Positions 37,612 to 48,035 of a stretch of 64,000 nucleotides of DNA are shown piece by piece. The position numbers were made by a program, and so were the translations under genes. The stretch is from Synechococcus sp. GTDB taxonomy: Bacteria; Cyanobacteriota; Cyanobacteriia; PCC-6307; Cyanobiaceae. The notes below the pieces were generated by a model that saw only the letters and a program-made list of their open reading frames with translations, searched no databases and was not told the origin of the DNA. Position 1 is the stretch's first letter. Every line of letters begins with the position of its first letter. The stretch is from contig JBJBEO010000001.1 of NCBI GenBank assembly GCA_047284725.1, positions 128,001 to 192,000 of the forward strand, in the 5' to 3' direction.

Positions 37612-38609
37612 TGACGAACATGGGTCTGAGGCTCGACATCAGGCCCTATGCCTTTGCGCTCACCCGCCCTCTGCAGACCGCGGCTGGAGCCTGGCAGCAG
37701 CGACGGGGCTGGTTGCTGCGCATCCAAGACGGCTGCGGTCGTTGTGGTTGGGGCGAAGTGTCACCGCTCACACCGCAGCGGCATGGGCGTTGCGGCCGTT
37801 GGTTGACCGAGCAGAGGAACGGCGCAGCCGCGTTGGCGTCTGTCGATGCGGTGGAGCAGCTGTTGGAGGGCAGTCCTGCCGAAGTGGCGTTTGGCTTGGG
37901 GGCGGCCCTGGCGGAGCTGCAGGGGCTGGTGGTCGCCGACGGCGACGATGCCTGGTTGGCGGCCCCCGCGTCGGCGCGGTTGCTGCCGGCGGGCCAGGCG
38001 ATGCCGGAGGCTCTCGACCAGTTGCTGGCGCAGGCCTCAGCCCAGGCCCCTTTGACGGTGAAATGGAAGGTGGCGGCTGGGTCGGTGGCCGAGGAGGAGG
38101 AACTGTTGGCTCAGCTGCTGGCGGCGCTGCCCCCCTGGGCTCGGCTGCGTCTGGATGCCAATGGCGGCTGGGGGATGGACGAGGCCCAGCGCTGGGCCGT
38201 CCGTCTCCAGCGAGAACCGCGCCTGGAGTGGCTGGAGCAGCCGCTGTCTCCCGGCGACCTGGCAGGGCATCAGCAGCTCCTGAGTGCGGTGCCGGTGGCG
38301 CTTGACGAGAGCTTGCGGGATCACCCCGAATGGCGCGGTGTCTGGATGGGGTGGCAGGTGCGCAGGCCGGTGCTGGAAGGTGATCCCCGTCCCCTGTTGC
38401 GGCAGTTGCAGCAAGGGGTGCCTCGCTTGATGCTCAGCACCGCCTTTGAAACGGGGATCGGAGCTCGGTGGCTGGCCCATCTGTCGGCGTTGCAGCAGCG
38501 GGGACCCACGCCGGCGGCCCCTGGCTTGGCACCAGGGTGGTGCCCACAGGGAGCGCTCTGGAGTCCTGAGCCTGAGCAGGTGTGGGCGGCGGCGGAGGTG
38601 ATGGCATGA
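37611..38609 (+). CDS. menC: o-succinylbenzoate synthase
   Basis: GWGEVSP, KWK, RLDANGG, WLEQP, ALDES; position in the men cluster. Confidence 0.9.
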   Translation: MTNMGLRLDIRPYAFALTRPLQTAAGAWQQRRGWLLRIQDGCGRCGWGEVSPLTPQRHGRCGRWLTEQRNGAAALASVDAVEQLLEGSPAEVAFGLGAALAELQGLVVADGDDAWLAAPASARLLPAGQAMPEALDQLLAQASAQAPLTVKWKVAAGSVAEEEELLAQLLAALPPWARLRLDANGGWGMDEAQRWAVRLQREPRLEWLEQPLSPGDLAGHQQLLSAVPVALDESLRDHPEWRGVWMGWQVRRPVLEGDPRPLLRQLQQGVPRLMLSTAFETGIGARWLAHLSALQQRGPTPAAPGLAPGWCPQGALWSPEPEQVWAAAEVMA

Positions 38610-39859
38610 CGGCTCTCTCGGGGCCTGAGGGTGATGCCCAGCTGCTGCAACGGCTTGAGCAGGCGTTGGTCAGCGGCGAATGGCTGTGGTTGGTGTCTGC
38701 CCGGGGTGGGGAGAGCAACGATGGCCTGCCCTCTCCACCTCCTCATCGGCTGGTGGAGGGCCGTCCCGGCGGTGTGGTTGTGGCGAGCGGGGGCAGTCAG
38801 GGAGGCCGCAGTTGGTGTGCCCAGCCCTGGGATCACCTCGATCGTTCCGCCTCCGCCTGTGGCCGTTGGCTGGAGGCTCTGGACTTTGATCCGGCCCAGA
38901 CGCTGCTGCTCAACCCCCTGCCGGCTGATCACATCAGTGGATTGATGCCGCTGTGGCGCAGTCGGCTGTGGGGCTCTGAGCACCGGCGGCTCTCTGCCAC
39001 GTTGATGAAACAGCCCCAGGCCTTGCGAGCGGCCTGTCAGCGCTGGCCCAGTTGGGGACGGAAGCCCGCCGTGGTGTCGCTGGTGCCCACCCAGTTGAAG
39101 CGGCTGATGGACCACCCCGATGGGGTGGCCTGGCTGCAGCAGTTGGCGCTGGTGTGGGTCGGCGGTGCGGGGCTGTCGTCGTCGTTGGCGGCGCGGGCGC
39201 GCAGCCAGGGGTTGCCCCTGTCGCCCTGTTATGGCTCCACGGAAACGGCAGCGATGGTGGCCGCTCAGACGCCTGGCCGATTTCTTCAGGGAGAAGACGG
39301 GTGTGGCAGGGCGTTGGACGACGTGGAGCTGGCGGTCGATGCCGATGGTGTGTTGAGGGTGCGCACGGCACGGCTGGCCCTCGCCCGTTGGCGCCATGGA
39401 GGCGGAGGGTGGGCACCACTGACGGATGCGGAAGGTTGGTGGCAGACCGGGGATGCCGCTGTGCTCACCGCAGGCGCCGCAGGCGATTCCTGTCTGGAGA
39501 TCCAGGGGCGGATGGATGGCGCCATTCATTCCGGTGGCGAGACCGTGTTCCCTGAGCAGCTGGCGCAGCGGTTGATGCGCCAGGCCCATGGGGTGGGGCT
39601 GCCCCTGGAGGCGGTGTTGTTTCTACCCGTGGAAAGTGAGGAGTGGGGGCAGAGACTCGTGGCGCTGGTGAAACAGCAGCACCAGGGGGTTGATGCGATG
39701 CCATGGCCTCAGCTGCAGGCAGCGTTGGCTCGCCTCAGCCAGCCATGGCGTGCCGCCGAACGCCCCGAGACCTGGTACCGCTGTCAGGAACTGGAGGCCA
39801 CCGCTGCAGGCAAGTGGCAGCTGGCCCGTTGGCAAGCCTGGCTCACCCTGCAAAACTAA
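38606..39859 (+). CDS. menE: o-succinylbenzoate--CoA ligase
   Basis: SGGSQG, SLVPTQL, YGSTETA, TGD, GRMD..IHSGGETVFPE. Confidence 0.88.
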   Translation: MTALSGPEGDAQLLQRLEQALVSGEWLWLVSARGGESNDGLPSPPPHRLVEGRPGGVVVASGGSQGGRSWCAQPWDHLDRSASACGRWLEALDFDPAQTLLLNPLPADHISGLMPLWRSRLWGSEHRRLSATLMKQPQALRAACQRWPSWGRKPAVVSLVPTQLKRLMDHPDGVAWLQQLALVWVGGAGLSSSLAARARSQGLPLSPCYGSTETAAMVAAQTPGRFLQGEDGCGRALDDVELAVDADGVLRVRTARLALARWRHGGGGWAPLTDAEGWWQTGDAAVLTAGAAGDSCLEIQGRMDGAIHSGGETVFPEQLAQRLMRQAHGVGLPLEAVLFLPVESEEWGQRLVALVKQQHQGVDAMPWPQLQAALARLSQPWRAAERPETWYRCQELEATAAGKWQLARWQAWLTLQN

Positions 39860-39879
39860 GCAGGATTCAATGTCTGCTT

Positions 39880-40158
39880 ATGACTTCGCTCAGTGATTCC
39901 GAGATCAGCAATAAGAAAACAGCTGCTGGTTTGCTGGGCATCTTTTTTGGAGCGTTTGGCGTCCATAAATTTGTGCTTGGCTACAACAATGCCGGCATCA
40001 TCATGCTTGCCGTCGGCCTTGCCGGCGGGGTTGTGACCTGTGGAGCCGCCACCGGTGTGATGTCTGTGATCGGGATGATTGAGGGCATCATTTATCTCAC
40101 GAAGTCAAACGAAGAGTTTCGTGAGATGTATATCGACAATCAGAAAGAGTGGTTCTGA
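39880..40158 (+). CDS. TM2 domain protein
   Basis: KKTAAGLLGIFFGAFGVHKFVLG...IEGIIYL. Confidence 0.9.
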   Translation: MTSLSDSEISNKKTAAGLLGIFFGAFGVHKFVLGYNNAGIIMLAVGLAGGVVTCGAATGVMSVIGMIEGIIYLTKSNEEFREMYIDNQKEWF

Positions 40159-40349
40159 TGCGCAGATCGCCTTGGGTGCGATCGGTCTCCACGCCCCTCC
40201 TGGCGGCCTCAGCATGGCTGGCGCTCTCGTCCTTGTCGTTGCACTCGCACGGTGGATTTCATCCTGTCGTGGTCATCGCCTGCATGCTGCCGCTGCAGGC
40301 GGCGGCTCTGCTCTGGGCGTGCTGTCGTGCGCCGGAGCGTCTGCGTTGA
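40158..40349 (+). CDS. small hypothetical membrane protein
   Basis: ATG overlaps the TM2 gene stop (TGATG); two hydrophobic segments. Confidence 0.5.
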   Translation: MRRSPWVRSVSTPLLAASAWLALSSLSLHSHGGFHPVVVIACMLPLQAAALLWACCRAPERLR

Positions 40350-40376
40350 GGCTTGAGCGGATCGCGAGGGACAGCA

Positions 40377-40835
40377 CTAGAGGCTTGCGATCGTCCCCAG
40401 GCAGGACGCCTCAAGCCAGCGGTCAATCGCCTCAGGCAGTGCACAGCGCTGGTGGGAACTGGCGTGGACGGCGAGGTGGCGAATCAGGCCCTGAGCTACC
40501 TCCTCGCTGTTGTGGTGAAAGGTGCACCGCACTTCAAAGCTGCCGGGGTTGAGCCGCGTCGGTTGGACTGTCACCTCGAGGTGATCGCCGCCATGCACGG
40601 GTCGGCGGAACGTCGCTTCGCAGTGCACCACGGGCAGGGCAACGGTGGGTGGTTGTTGTTGGCCGCGGCTGCCTGGAAACACCCTGGATGTGGTGAGGCC
40701 GTACTGCTCGAGGCTCTCCTCCCAGGCTTCATGGCTCCAGCGCAGGAGCTGGTGAAAATGCATCACGCCGGCGGCATCGGTGTCGCCGAAGCGAACCGTG
40801 CGTTTGAGTTGGAGCCAGTGGTCAGGGGTGGGCAC
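40377..40835 (-). CDS. hot-dog thioesterase (probable DHNA-CoA hydrolase)
   Basis: VRFGDTDAAGVMHF, LPVVHCEATF; adjacent to the men cluster. Confidence 0.85.
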   Translation of the reverse strand: MPTPDHWLQLKRTVRFGDTDAAGVMHFHQLLRWSHEAWEESLEQYGLTTSRVFPGSRGQQQPPTVALPVVHCEATFRRPVHGGDHLEVTVQPTRLNPGSFEVRCTFHHNSEEVAQGLIRHLAVHASSHQRCALPEAIDRWLEASCLGTIASL

Positions 40836-40922
40836 GATCGGTCGGGCAGGGCGAGGGAGAAGGCGATGGCAGTCTCGTCGGTGAGCAGTGTTTCATCGTG
40901 GTGCTGCAAACGCCTGCGACGT

Positions 40923-42530
40923 TCAGGGTTGGCTCTTTCGTGCTTCCGTGCTGTTGAGAAATTCTGGGAATCGATCACCGTTGAAGAGAGCTGGCGCCGC
41001 TGATGAATACGCTGCCGCAATTTGCATCGCCGTGATGTCGTCGTAAGTGGTCGTGCAGATTTGCAGGCCGGTCGGGATCTGATTGCGATTCAGTCCAGTG
41101 GGAACGGAAACAACGGGATTCCAGTTGAGAAGATTCCAGAGCGCCGTCAGAATCCACCCCACATTGGGTTCAACAACGGTTCCGTTGATCGTGATGGCGT
41201 CAGTGGTTGGGTCGAAGGCTGCAGGCACATCGCTGGTGGCCAGTGTGGGCATCAAAACAGCGCTGTAGCCCTTCAGAAATACAGCATCCTGAATCCGGGC
41301 ATACAGCCTGTTGATCATCTCCTCTGCCTGTTTGGCCTCAGCGGTCCCACGGTCTCCGGCCGCGATTTCAGCGAAATAACGTCCGTAGGTCGTGAGTTGT
41401 TCGCTGTAGGCATTGAGTTGCTTCAGATCTTCCCCGAATCCTCCACTCAATAAAGCGTTCACGAGTGCGGTACGCAGTTGTGGTCCATCGACCCCAAGGT
41501 TGAGGTCGATCTCCTCAATCACGGCGCCTTTGTTTTTGAGGACGCTGAGTGCATCACGGGTGTTGGCCTGCGTGTCTTCATCCACTTCGGCCCAGCTTTG
41601 ATTCATGCTGAAGGCGATCCGCATCCCTCGAATGGGTTGATAGCGGAGAGGCAATTCCAGCTTGGGTCGTAAGGCTGTTGCTGTGTAGGGGGCGGGACCG
41701 CTCATCACATTCTGGAGGCGGACCATGCCTTCGAATGTCCGTGCCATGGGACCTTCTGTGGAGGGCATCAGGAAGGTCGATCCCGGGGGTGGTGCATTGC
41801 GGCCATAAGGCGGTTTGAAGCCGTAGAGACCATTGAAGGCACAAGGGATCCGGGTTGATCCCCCCATGTCGGAACCAGTGGCCAGTGTGGTCATTCCCGC
41901 TGCAAGCGCGGCGCCGGAGCCGCCGGACGATCCCCCCACCGTGTAACGGAGATTCCACGGATTGCGTGTCACACCCCAGAGATCGGTCCAGGTGACGGCT
42001 GCAAAATACATTTCCGGAACCGTGGTCTGCAGATGCAGGACGGCACCGGCATCGCGAAGCTTGTCCACCGCTGGATGGTTGTTGGATGCCACGTTGTTTC
42101 GGAGAACCCGTGAGCCCGCCGTGGTGATCCATCCTTTGACGTCATATTCATCTTTCAGGGCAACGGTGATTCCTTCCAAAGGCCGGGCAGTTTTGTTGCG
42201 ATATCGCAATTCCGATTCTTTGGCGGCCTTCAGCGCCGATGGAAAGTGCGTGTACGTGCAGGCATTGACCAGGGGTTCAACCTCTTCAAAGCGTTTGATC
42301 TGGGCTTCCAGAACATCAACTGGGGAGAGCTCGAGGTTGCTGAAACGCCTGAGAAGCTCCCCCGTTGATATGTAAATCAAGAGTGTCGACGGCTTTGAAT
42401 GGCTGCCCTTCGATGCTGCAACAACATTGGGTTGTGCATAGGCATGTGAACGCAGGGCTGCCATGCCACCAGTGCCAGCGCTGGCGGCAATGAGTTGCAG
42501 GACCTGTCGTCGGCTCAGGGGCATCGCCAT
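40923..42530 (-). CDS. amidase-signature family enzyme with a Tat signal peptide
   Basis: LSRRQVL...AYA; ALKD (Lys), GGSSGGS, GSDMGGSTRIP. Confidence 0.9.
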   Translation of the reverse strand: MAMPLSRRQVLQLIAASAGTGGMAALRSHAYAQPNVVAASKGSHSKPSTLLIYISTGELLRRFSNLELSPVDVLEAQIKRFEEVEPLVNACTYTHFPSALKAAKESELRYRNKTARPLEGITVALKDEYDVKGWITTAGSRVLRNNVASNNHPAVDKLRDAGAVLHLQTTVPEMYFAAVTWTDLWGVTRNPWNLRYTVGGSSGGSGAALAAGMTTLATGSDMGGSTRIPCAFNGLYGFKPPYGRNAPPPGSTFLMPSTEGPMARTFEGMVRLQNVMSGPAPYTATALRPKLELPLRYQPIRGMRIAFSMNQSWAEVDEDTQANTRDALSVLKNKGAVIEEIDLNLGVDGPQLRTALVNALLSGGFGEDLKQLNAYSEQLTTYGRYFAEIAAGDRGTAEAKQAEEMINRLYARIQDAVFLKGYSAVLMPTLATSDVPAAFDPTTDAITINGTVVEPNVGWILTALWNLLNWNPVVSVPTGLNRNQIPTGLQICTTTYDDITAMQIAAAYSSAAPALFNGDRFPEFLNSTEARKSQP

Positions 42531-42951
42531 GGCTTCATCGATCTCTGGATCCTGATGTCTGTCGCGACTGTTGGCAGGCTTTGTCATCTCGCCGACATGC
42601 ACCTTGCATTTGAGCGGGCGCCAGGCCATTGGAGAGACATCAGCTTGACGTTCAGCCGCTAAAAAGCGTTATGGAGAGGATGCACAGCAGGGTCATCACT
42701 ATGAATCCCGGGGTTAGGGAAAAAATTGTTTGTTGCCAGCAGAGGTGACTGGTTGTCCATGCTTCTCGCAATGCATGGATGACCTCGAAAGCAAAGATGG
42801 CGAGCAAGGTGATCGGAATGATTCGCCTCCCTGCTGATGGGCATCATCCTTTTCACGCTTTGGTTGTATTGAGTATTGTAATTATTATTCTGAAGCTTGT
42901 TTTAAGGCAGTTGCTTCTCGTTTAAGCTGCCAAAGTTTTGCGATTTTTCTT

Positions 42952-43635
42952 TTGACTGCTTCTGCGGAACCGCGGGCCACGCTGAACGCGGCCTGGACTG
43001 ACACCCTGGCCCACGTGCCAACGCTTCTTCTGACCTGGCTGTGCGCGATCGTCGTCTATGTCGTCACCGTCTTGATCGGCTTCGTGATCAGCCTTGTTTT
43101 TGGTGCAGTTGGTGACGGGTCCGAGTCTGCGGAGTTGATTGGAGCATTCGTCAGCAGTTTCGCTCAGCTGCCTTTTCTGATTGTTCAAAATCTGATCGGT
43201 GTCATGTTCACCGCCATCCCTGCAGTCTTTTATTCAAAGGGTCAGGTGGTGTCGTTCTCGGATGCTTATGCGCTTTTGATGAAGCGACTTGGTCGGTATG
43301 TGCTGGCTGGTGTTCTTTATTCTGTGGTTGCAACAGTGGGATTCGTTCTCTGTGTGGTTCCCGGAATTGCTGTCGTCACGGTGTTGCCCATTTATGTGAA
43401 TAAGGTTTTCACGACTGATGATGATGTGATCACCTGCTTTACATCTTCGTTCTCGGCTGCATTCGGTTCGCAGAAGGGGTGGGGGTTTGTTGGTATTCAG
43501 GCGCTTTCGATTGTGCTTGCAATCGTAACCTGTGGTTTCTGCTTGGTTGGTTTGATTGTTTATGTGCCAGTGGTCACCTTTTTCTTGCAGAAATACATCG
43601 TGGTGAATGGTTTGGTGCGGCGAGCTGCAGCCTGA
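42952..43635 (+). CDS. hypothetical multi-pass membrane protein
   Basis: TTG start; four to five TM segments; followed by a terminator. Confidence 0.72.
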   Translation: MTASAEPRATLNAAWTDTLAHVPTLLLTWLCAIVVYVVTVLIGFVISLVFGAVGDGSESAELIGAFVSSFAQLPFLIVQNLIGVMFTAIPAVFYSKGQVVSFSDAYALLMKRLGRYVLAGVLYSVVATVGFVLCVVPGIAVVTVLPIYVNKVFTTDDDVITCFTSSFSAAFGSQKGWGFVGIQALSIVLAIVTCGFCLVGLIVYVPVVTFFLQKYIVVNGLVRRAAA

Positions 43636-43644
43636 GTTGAGTCG

Positions 43645-43676
43645 CCCCTGGTGTGTTCATCGCATCAGGGGTTTTT
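43645..43676 (+). terminator. Rho-independent terminator
   Basis: CCCCTGGTGTG-ttcat-CGCATCAGGGG stem (with G.U pairs), followed by TTTTT. Confidence 0.7.
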
Positions 43677-43693
43677 GATGGGCGATGGCCTGG

Positions 43694-44104
43694 TTAAGCG
43701 GCCGGGAAGTTCCACACACCTTCAGTGGGGATGGCATAGGTGAGCACCACTCTGAGCAGCCAATAGCTGAACAGTGCCGAGGCGCCGATGGGGATCCAGG
43801 CCAGGGAGAGGTCTCTGGGAAACAGGCGTTTGGTGCGCAGCGACTGGATGCTCCAGGCCACAGCCAGGGCTGCGGTGAGCGGACCGAAGGCATGCAGCTC
43901 GATGGATCCACTCAGGTTGCCCGTCAGGGCGGCCGCTGTTGCGCGGGTGAGAAAGCAGCCAGGGCAGGGAACGCCGGTGAGAGCACGGAACGGGCAGGAA
44001 AGACCTGGGATCCCGGGGTGCAATCCCTTCACCACCAGGTAACTGGTGGCAGCAGTCGGCACCAGATAACCAGCGTGTCTGAGCCGTCTGAGCCAGGTGT
44101 TCAT
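43694..44104 (-). CDS. DUF2752 family protein
   Basis: CPFRALTGVPCPGCFLTRA motif. Confidence 0.88.
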   Translation of the reverse strand: MNTWLRRLRHAGYLVPTAATSYLVVKGLHPGIPGLSCPFRALTGVPCPGCFLTRATAAALTGNLSGSIELHAFGPLTAALAVAWSIQSLRTKRLFPRDLSLAWIPIGASALFSYWLLRVVLTYAIPTEGVWNFPAA

Positions 44105-44116
44105 GCCGTGGATGGA

Positions 44117-45301
44117 TCAGCGATCAACCGAGCCCATGATCACGTCAATGGAGCCCAGAATGGCCATGATGTCGGCCACCTTGTGGCCCTTGAGGATGTG
44201 GGGAAGGATCTGCAGGTTGTTGCTGTCGGCAGCGCGGATCTTGAAGCGCCAAGGGGTGACATCGTTGTTGCCCTGGATGAACACGCCGATCTCGCCTTTC
44301 CCGGATTCCAGTCGGGTGTAGAGCTCGCCGTCGGGAATCTTGAACGTGGGGGCAACTTTTTTGGCCACGTATTGGTAATCGAAACCGGCAAATTCGCTTT
44401 TCTTGCCTTCTGCCATGCGTTTGGCATCGAGATTCTCGGTGGGGCCGCCAGGAATCATGTCGCAGGCCTGACGCAGAATCTTGAGTGACTGACGCATCTC
44501 TTCGATGCGAACGCGGTAGCGGGCAAAGCAGTCGCCCTCTTTTTCCCACGCCACACGCCAATCGAAGTCGTCGTAGCACTCGTAATGATCCACTTTGCGT
44601 AGATCCCAGGGCACGCCGGACGCACGAAGCATGGGACCCGACAGGCTCCAGTTGATCGCCTCATCTCGGCTGATCGTGCCCAACCCTTCGATCCGGCGGC
44701 GGAAGATCGGGTTGTTGGTGATCAGCTTTTCGTACTCGTCGATCTTGGGCCCGAACCAATCACAGAAGTCGCGGCATTTCTCAAGCCAGCCGAAGGGCAG
44801 GTCGGCGGCGACGCCGCCGATGCGGAAATAGTTGTTGTTGATCAGGCGCTGACCTGTGGCGGCCTCCCACAGGTCGTAGATCATTTCCCGTTCCCGGAAG
44901 ATGTAAAAGAACGGTGTCTGGGCTCCCACATCCGCCAGGAAAGGGCCAAGCCAGAGCAGGTGGTTGGCAATGCGGTTCAGCTCCAGCATCAGCACGCGGA
45001 TGTAGCTGGCGCGCTTCGGCACTGGAATATCGGCCAGTCGCTCAGGGGCATTGACGACGATCGCCTCGTAAAACATGCCCGCCGCGTAGTCCATGCGGCT
45101 CACATAGGGCACGAACATCACGTTCGTGCGGTTCTCTGCGATCTTCTCCATGCCGCGGTGGAGATAGCCGATCACCGGCTCGCAATCCACCACGTCTTCA
45201 CCGTCGAGGGTCACCACCAGCCGCAACACCCCATGCATCGAGGGGTGGTGGGGGCCGAAGTTGACCACCATCGGCTCCGTGCGCGTTTCGAGCTGCGTCA
45301 T
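44117..45301 (-). CDS. ndhH: NAD(P)H-quinone oxidoreductase subunit H
   Basis: [25 protein letters not shown]-terminal [12 protein letters not shown]. Confidence 0.98.
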   Translation of the reverse strand: MTQLETRTEPMVVNFGPHHPSMHGVLRLVVTLDGEDVVDCEPVIGYLHRGMEKIAENRTNVMFVPYVSRMDYAAGMFYEAIVVNAPERLADIPVPKRASYIRVLMLELNRIANHLLWLGPFLADVGAQTPFFYIFREREMIYDLWEAATGQRLINNNYFRIGGVAADLPFGWLEKCRDFCDWFGPKIDEYEKLITNNPIFRRRIEGLGTISRDEAINWSLSGPMLRASGVPWDLRKVDHYECYDDFDWRVAWEKEGDCFARYRVRIEEMRQSLKILRQACDMIPGGPTENLDAKRMAEGKKSEFAGFDYQYVAKKVAPTFKIPDGELYTRLESGKGEIGVFIQGNNDVTPWRFKIRAADSNNLQILPHILKGHKVADIMAILGSIDVIMGSVDR

Positions 45302-45345
45302 GGGGCCGTGGCATTGCATTCGCTTCGGGATCTTAGGAAGGACCC

Positions 45346-46263
45346 ATGCCCGATCAGCCTCAACCCACCACAGATGACTTCGTTCATGTGCCGGTGCTGG
45401 CGGAGCCGTTGCTGACAGCCCTGGCGGAGAGCCCCGATTCCCCCTGGCAGAACGGCACCTTGATCGACGCGACCCTAGGGGGTGCGGGACACAGCGCCTT
45501 GCTGCTGGATCGTTATCCCGGGATGCAGCTGATCGGTCTTGATCAAGATCCCACCGCTCGGCTGGCGGCAGCACAACGGCTGCAGCGCTTTGCTGACCGG
45601 GCTCGCATCGTGGCCACGAATTTCGCGCTGTTTCAGCCGGAACAGCCGGTGGATCTGGTGCTCGCCGATCTGGGTGTCAGCAGTCCTCAGCTGGATGTAG
45701 CAGCGCGGGGGTTCAGTTTTCGCCTGGATGGTCCCCTGGACATGCGCATGAATCCGCAGGGGGGTGGGGAAACCGCTGCAGAGCTGATCGATCGACTTGA
45801 GGAGTCGGCGTTGGCTGATCTGATCTATGCCTACGGCGAGGAGCGGCTGTCGCGGCGGATCGCCCGTCGGCTCAAGGCGGATCTCGAGCAGAACGGGGCC
45901 TACAGCGGCACGGCTGCCCTGGCCTATGCCGTGGCTGGTTGTTATCCCCCCAAGGCACGTCGCGGCCGTATTCATCCCGCCACGCGCACATTTCAGGCTC
46001 TGCGCATCGCCGTCAACGACGAACTGGGGGTCCTGGATCGCCTGCTTCAGCAGGCTCCGGATTGGCTGAATCCCGGTGGTGTGCTGGCGATCATCAGCTT
46101 CCATTCCCTCGAAGACCGGCGCGTGAAGACCGCGTTTCTCCAAGACGAACGCCTGCAGCGGATCACCCGGAAGCCGTTGCAGGCCGAGGAGGCGGAGCAA
46201 GAGGCGAATCCCCGCAGCCGCAGCGCCAAGCTGCGGTTGGCACGCCGTCGCGGCGGCGATTGA
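45346..46263 (+). CDS. rsmH: 16S rRNA m4C1402 methyltransferase
   Basis: [49 protein letters not shown]. Confidence 0.97.
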   Translation: MPDQPQPTTDDFVHVPVLAEPLLTALAESPDSPWQNGTLIDATLGGAGHSALLLDRYPGMQLIGLDQDPTARLAAAQRLQRFADRARIVATNFALFQPEQPVDLVLADLGVSSPQLDVAARGFSFRLDGPLDMRMNPQGGGETAAELIDRLEESALADLIYAYGEERLSRRIARRLKADLEQNGAYSGTAALAYAVAGCYPPKARRGRIHPATRTFQALRIAVNDELGVLDRLLQQAPDWLNPGGVLAIISFHSLEDRRVKTAFLQDERLQRITRKPLQAEEAEQEANPRSRSAKLRLARRRGGD

Positions 46264-46272
46264 TTCACCGCT

Positions 46273-47457
46273 TCAGCGTCCTGAGCGCAACCGTTGAACC
46301 ACCTCGCTGAGCCCGGAGATCGCCTGCTCGATGTCGTCGGCGGTGGTGGTGCGGCCAAGGCTCAGACGGAGGGATGCACTGGCTTCCTCGCGGCTGCGGC
46401 CGATCGCCCGGAGCACATGGGAGGGTTGGCCGGCACTGCAGGCGGAGCCACTGCTGCACTGCAGTGTGGAGCGCAGCCTCTGGTGCAGTGCGGCGCCGTT
46501 CACGTCGGCAATGGTGATATTGAGGTTGTGCGGCAGGCGCGGGGTGAGGGCCCCATTCAGCGTCAGTCCCGGCAGAGCGCTCTGCAGGCCCAGCCACAAG
46601 CGATCGCGCAGGCGCTGCAGCTGCGGGGCGGTGGTCTGTTGGTGCTCCACGGCCAGTTCAGCGGCGCGGGCCAGCCCAATGATCAACGGCACCGGCAGGG
46701 TGCCGGGGCGCAGGCCCTGTTCCTGGCGGCCCCCGAACTGGAGGGGTTGGATGGCCAGGTCCTTCCTCAGCACCAGGGCGCCGATGCCCTTCGGGCCGTA
46801 GAGCTTGTGGCCGCTGATGCTGGCGAGATCCAGTGGAAGGCAGTCGGCCTTGAAGGGGATGTGTCCGAAGGCCTGGGCGGCGTCGCTGTGCAGGGTCACC
46901 CCCCGATCCCTGCAGACAGCGCCGATCTGCGCCAGCGGCTGCAGAACGCCGATCTCATTGTTGGCCGCCATCACGCTCACCAGCAACGTGTCGGGTTGGA
47001 ACGCGTCCTCGAGTTCCCCCACGTCGATCAGGCCATCACGCGATGGGTTCAGCAGGGTGAGTCGAAATCCTTCGCGGCGCAGTTGCTGCAGTGGATCGAG
47101 CACCGCATGGTGTTCGGTGCTGATGCTGATCACATGGCCTGGACGCCCCTTGTGTTCAGCCATGGCCCTGGCATGGCCGAGCAAGGCCAGATTGTTGGCT
47201 TCCGTGGCGCCACTGGTGAAGATCAACTGGTCCGCCGCGACCCCGAGGCAGGCGGCGAGTCGGTCGCGGGCATCACTCACCGCCGCAGAGGCCGTGAGGC
47301 CGAGCCGGTGCTGCCGGCTGGAGGGGTTCCCCCACTGCAACCGCCACCAGGGCTCCATCGCTGCGATCACCTCCTCCGCACAGGGGGTTGTGGCCTGGAA
47401 GTCGAGGGCCAGGGGGCCGGCGCGCCTGGCGTGCCCATGGGCGGACTTTGGCAGCAT
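46273..47457 (-). CDS. cysteine desulfurase (IscS/NifS family)
   Basis: DFQATTP, GNPSS, TSGATEANN, DAAQ, SGHKLYGPKG, SSGSACS. Confidence 0.94.
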   Translation of the reverse strand: MLPKSAHGHARRAGPLALDFQATTPCAEEVIAAMEPWWRLQWGNPSSRQHRLGLTASAAVSDARDRLAACLGVAADQLIFTSGATEANNLALLGHARAMAEHKGRPGHVISISTEHHAVLDPLQQLRREGFRLTLLNPSRDGLIDVGELEDAFQPDTLLVSVMAANNEIGVLQPLAQIGAVCRDRGVTLHSDAAQAFGHIPFKADCLPLDLASISGHKLYGPKGIGALVLRKDLAIQPLQFGGRQEQGLRPGTLPVPLIIGLARAAELAVEHQQTTAPQLQRLRDRLWLGLQSALPGLTLNGALTPRLPHNLNITIADVNGAALHQRLRSTLQCSSGSACSAGQPSHVLRAIGRSREEASASLRLSLGRTTTADDIEQAISGLSEVVQRLRSGR

Positions 47458-47481
47458 GGTCAGACTTCAGCTCCCGACGTG

Positions 47482-47994
47482 ATGCAGGCTGCACAACGCT
47501 TCCTCAGTCTGCTGCTTCTTTCGGCAGGTGTGCTCTCGGCGCAGGCTGCTGCCGCCATGGATCGCACTGAATTGCTCAACCAGATGAAGCGCATGCGTCC
47601 CCAGTCGATGGCGATCCTGGAGACCCGCCAGGTGGATGGTGGTACGTACACCCTCGGCTTGTTTGCTCTGTCAGGCGATCAGGCGGATCCGGACCTACGC
47701 CGTTACAAACTCTGGAAGGAATACCCCGCCGATCTGGTGGTGCCCACCGAGTCGGTGAACTGCAGCACGGAGGGTCCCCTGCGCGCGACCCGGGATGACC
47801 GGGCGATTTACGTGCGGCGTCTGAATCCAGGCGGGACGGTCACGGCGGCCAATCGGGAAGATCATCTGGTGTGGTGGGCTGCCTGTGCACCGGATCAGGC
47901 GGGTGTTGACCCCGCCACGTTGAAGGCCAAAGCGCTGGAGCTCGGCTATTCGACCCTTTTGACGGAGTCAACGGAAATCCTGCGCTTGCCCTGA
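47482..47994 (+). CDS. conserved hypothetical exported protein
   Basis: signal peptide MQAAQRFLSLLLLSAGVLSAQAAAA; fills the gap between two genes. Confidence 0.75.
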   Translation: MQAAQRFLSLLLLSAGVLSAQAAAAMDRTELLNQMKRMRPQSMAILETRQVDGGTYTLGLFALSGDQADPDLRRYKLWKEYPADLVVPTESVNCSTEGPLRATRDDRAIYVRRLNPGGTVTAANREDHLVWWAACAPDQAGVDPATLKAKALELGYSTLLTESTEILRLP

Positions 47995-48035
47995 CGGACA
48001 CCACTCCTAGATTCCGTTCAGATCGCGACAGGGCC

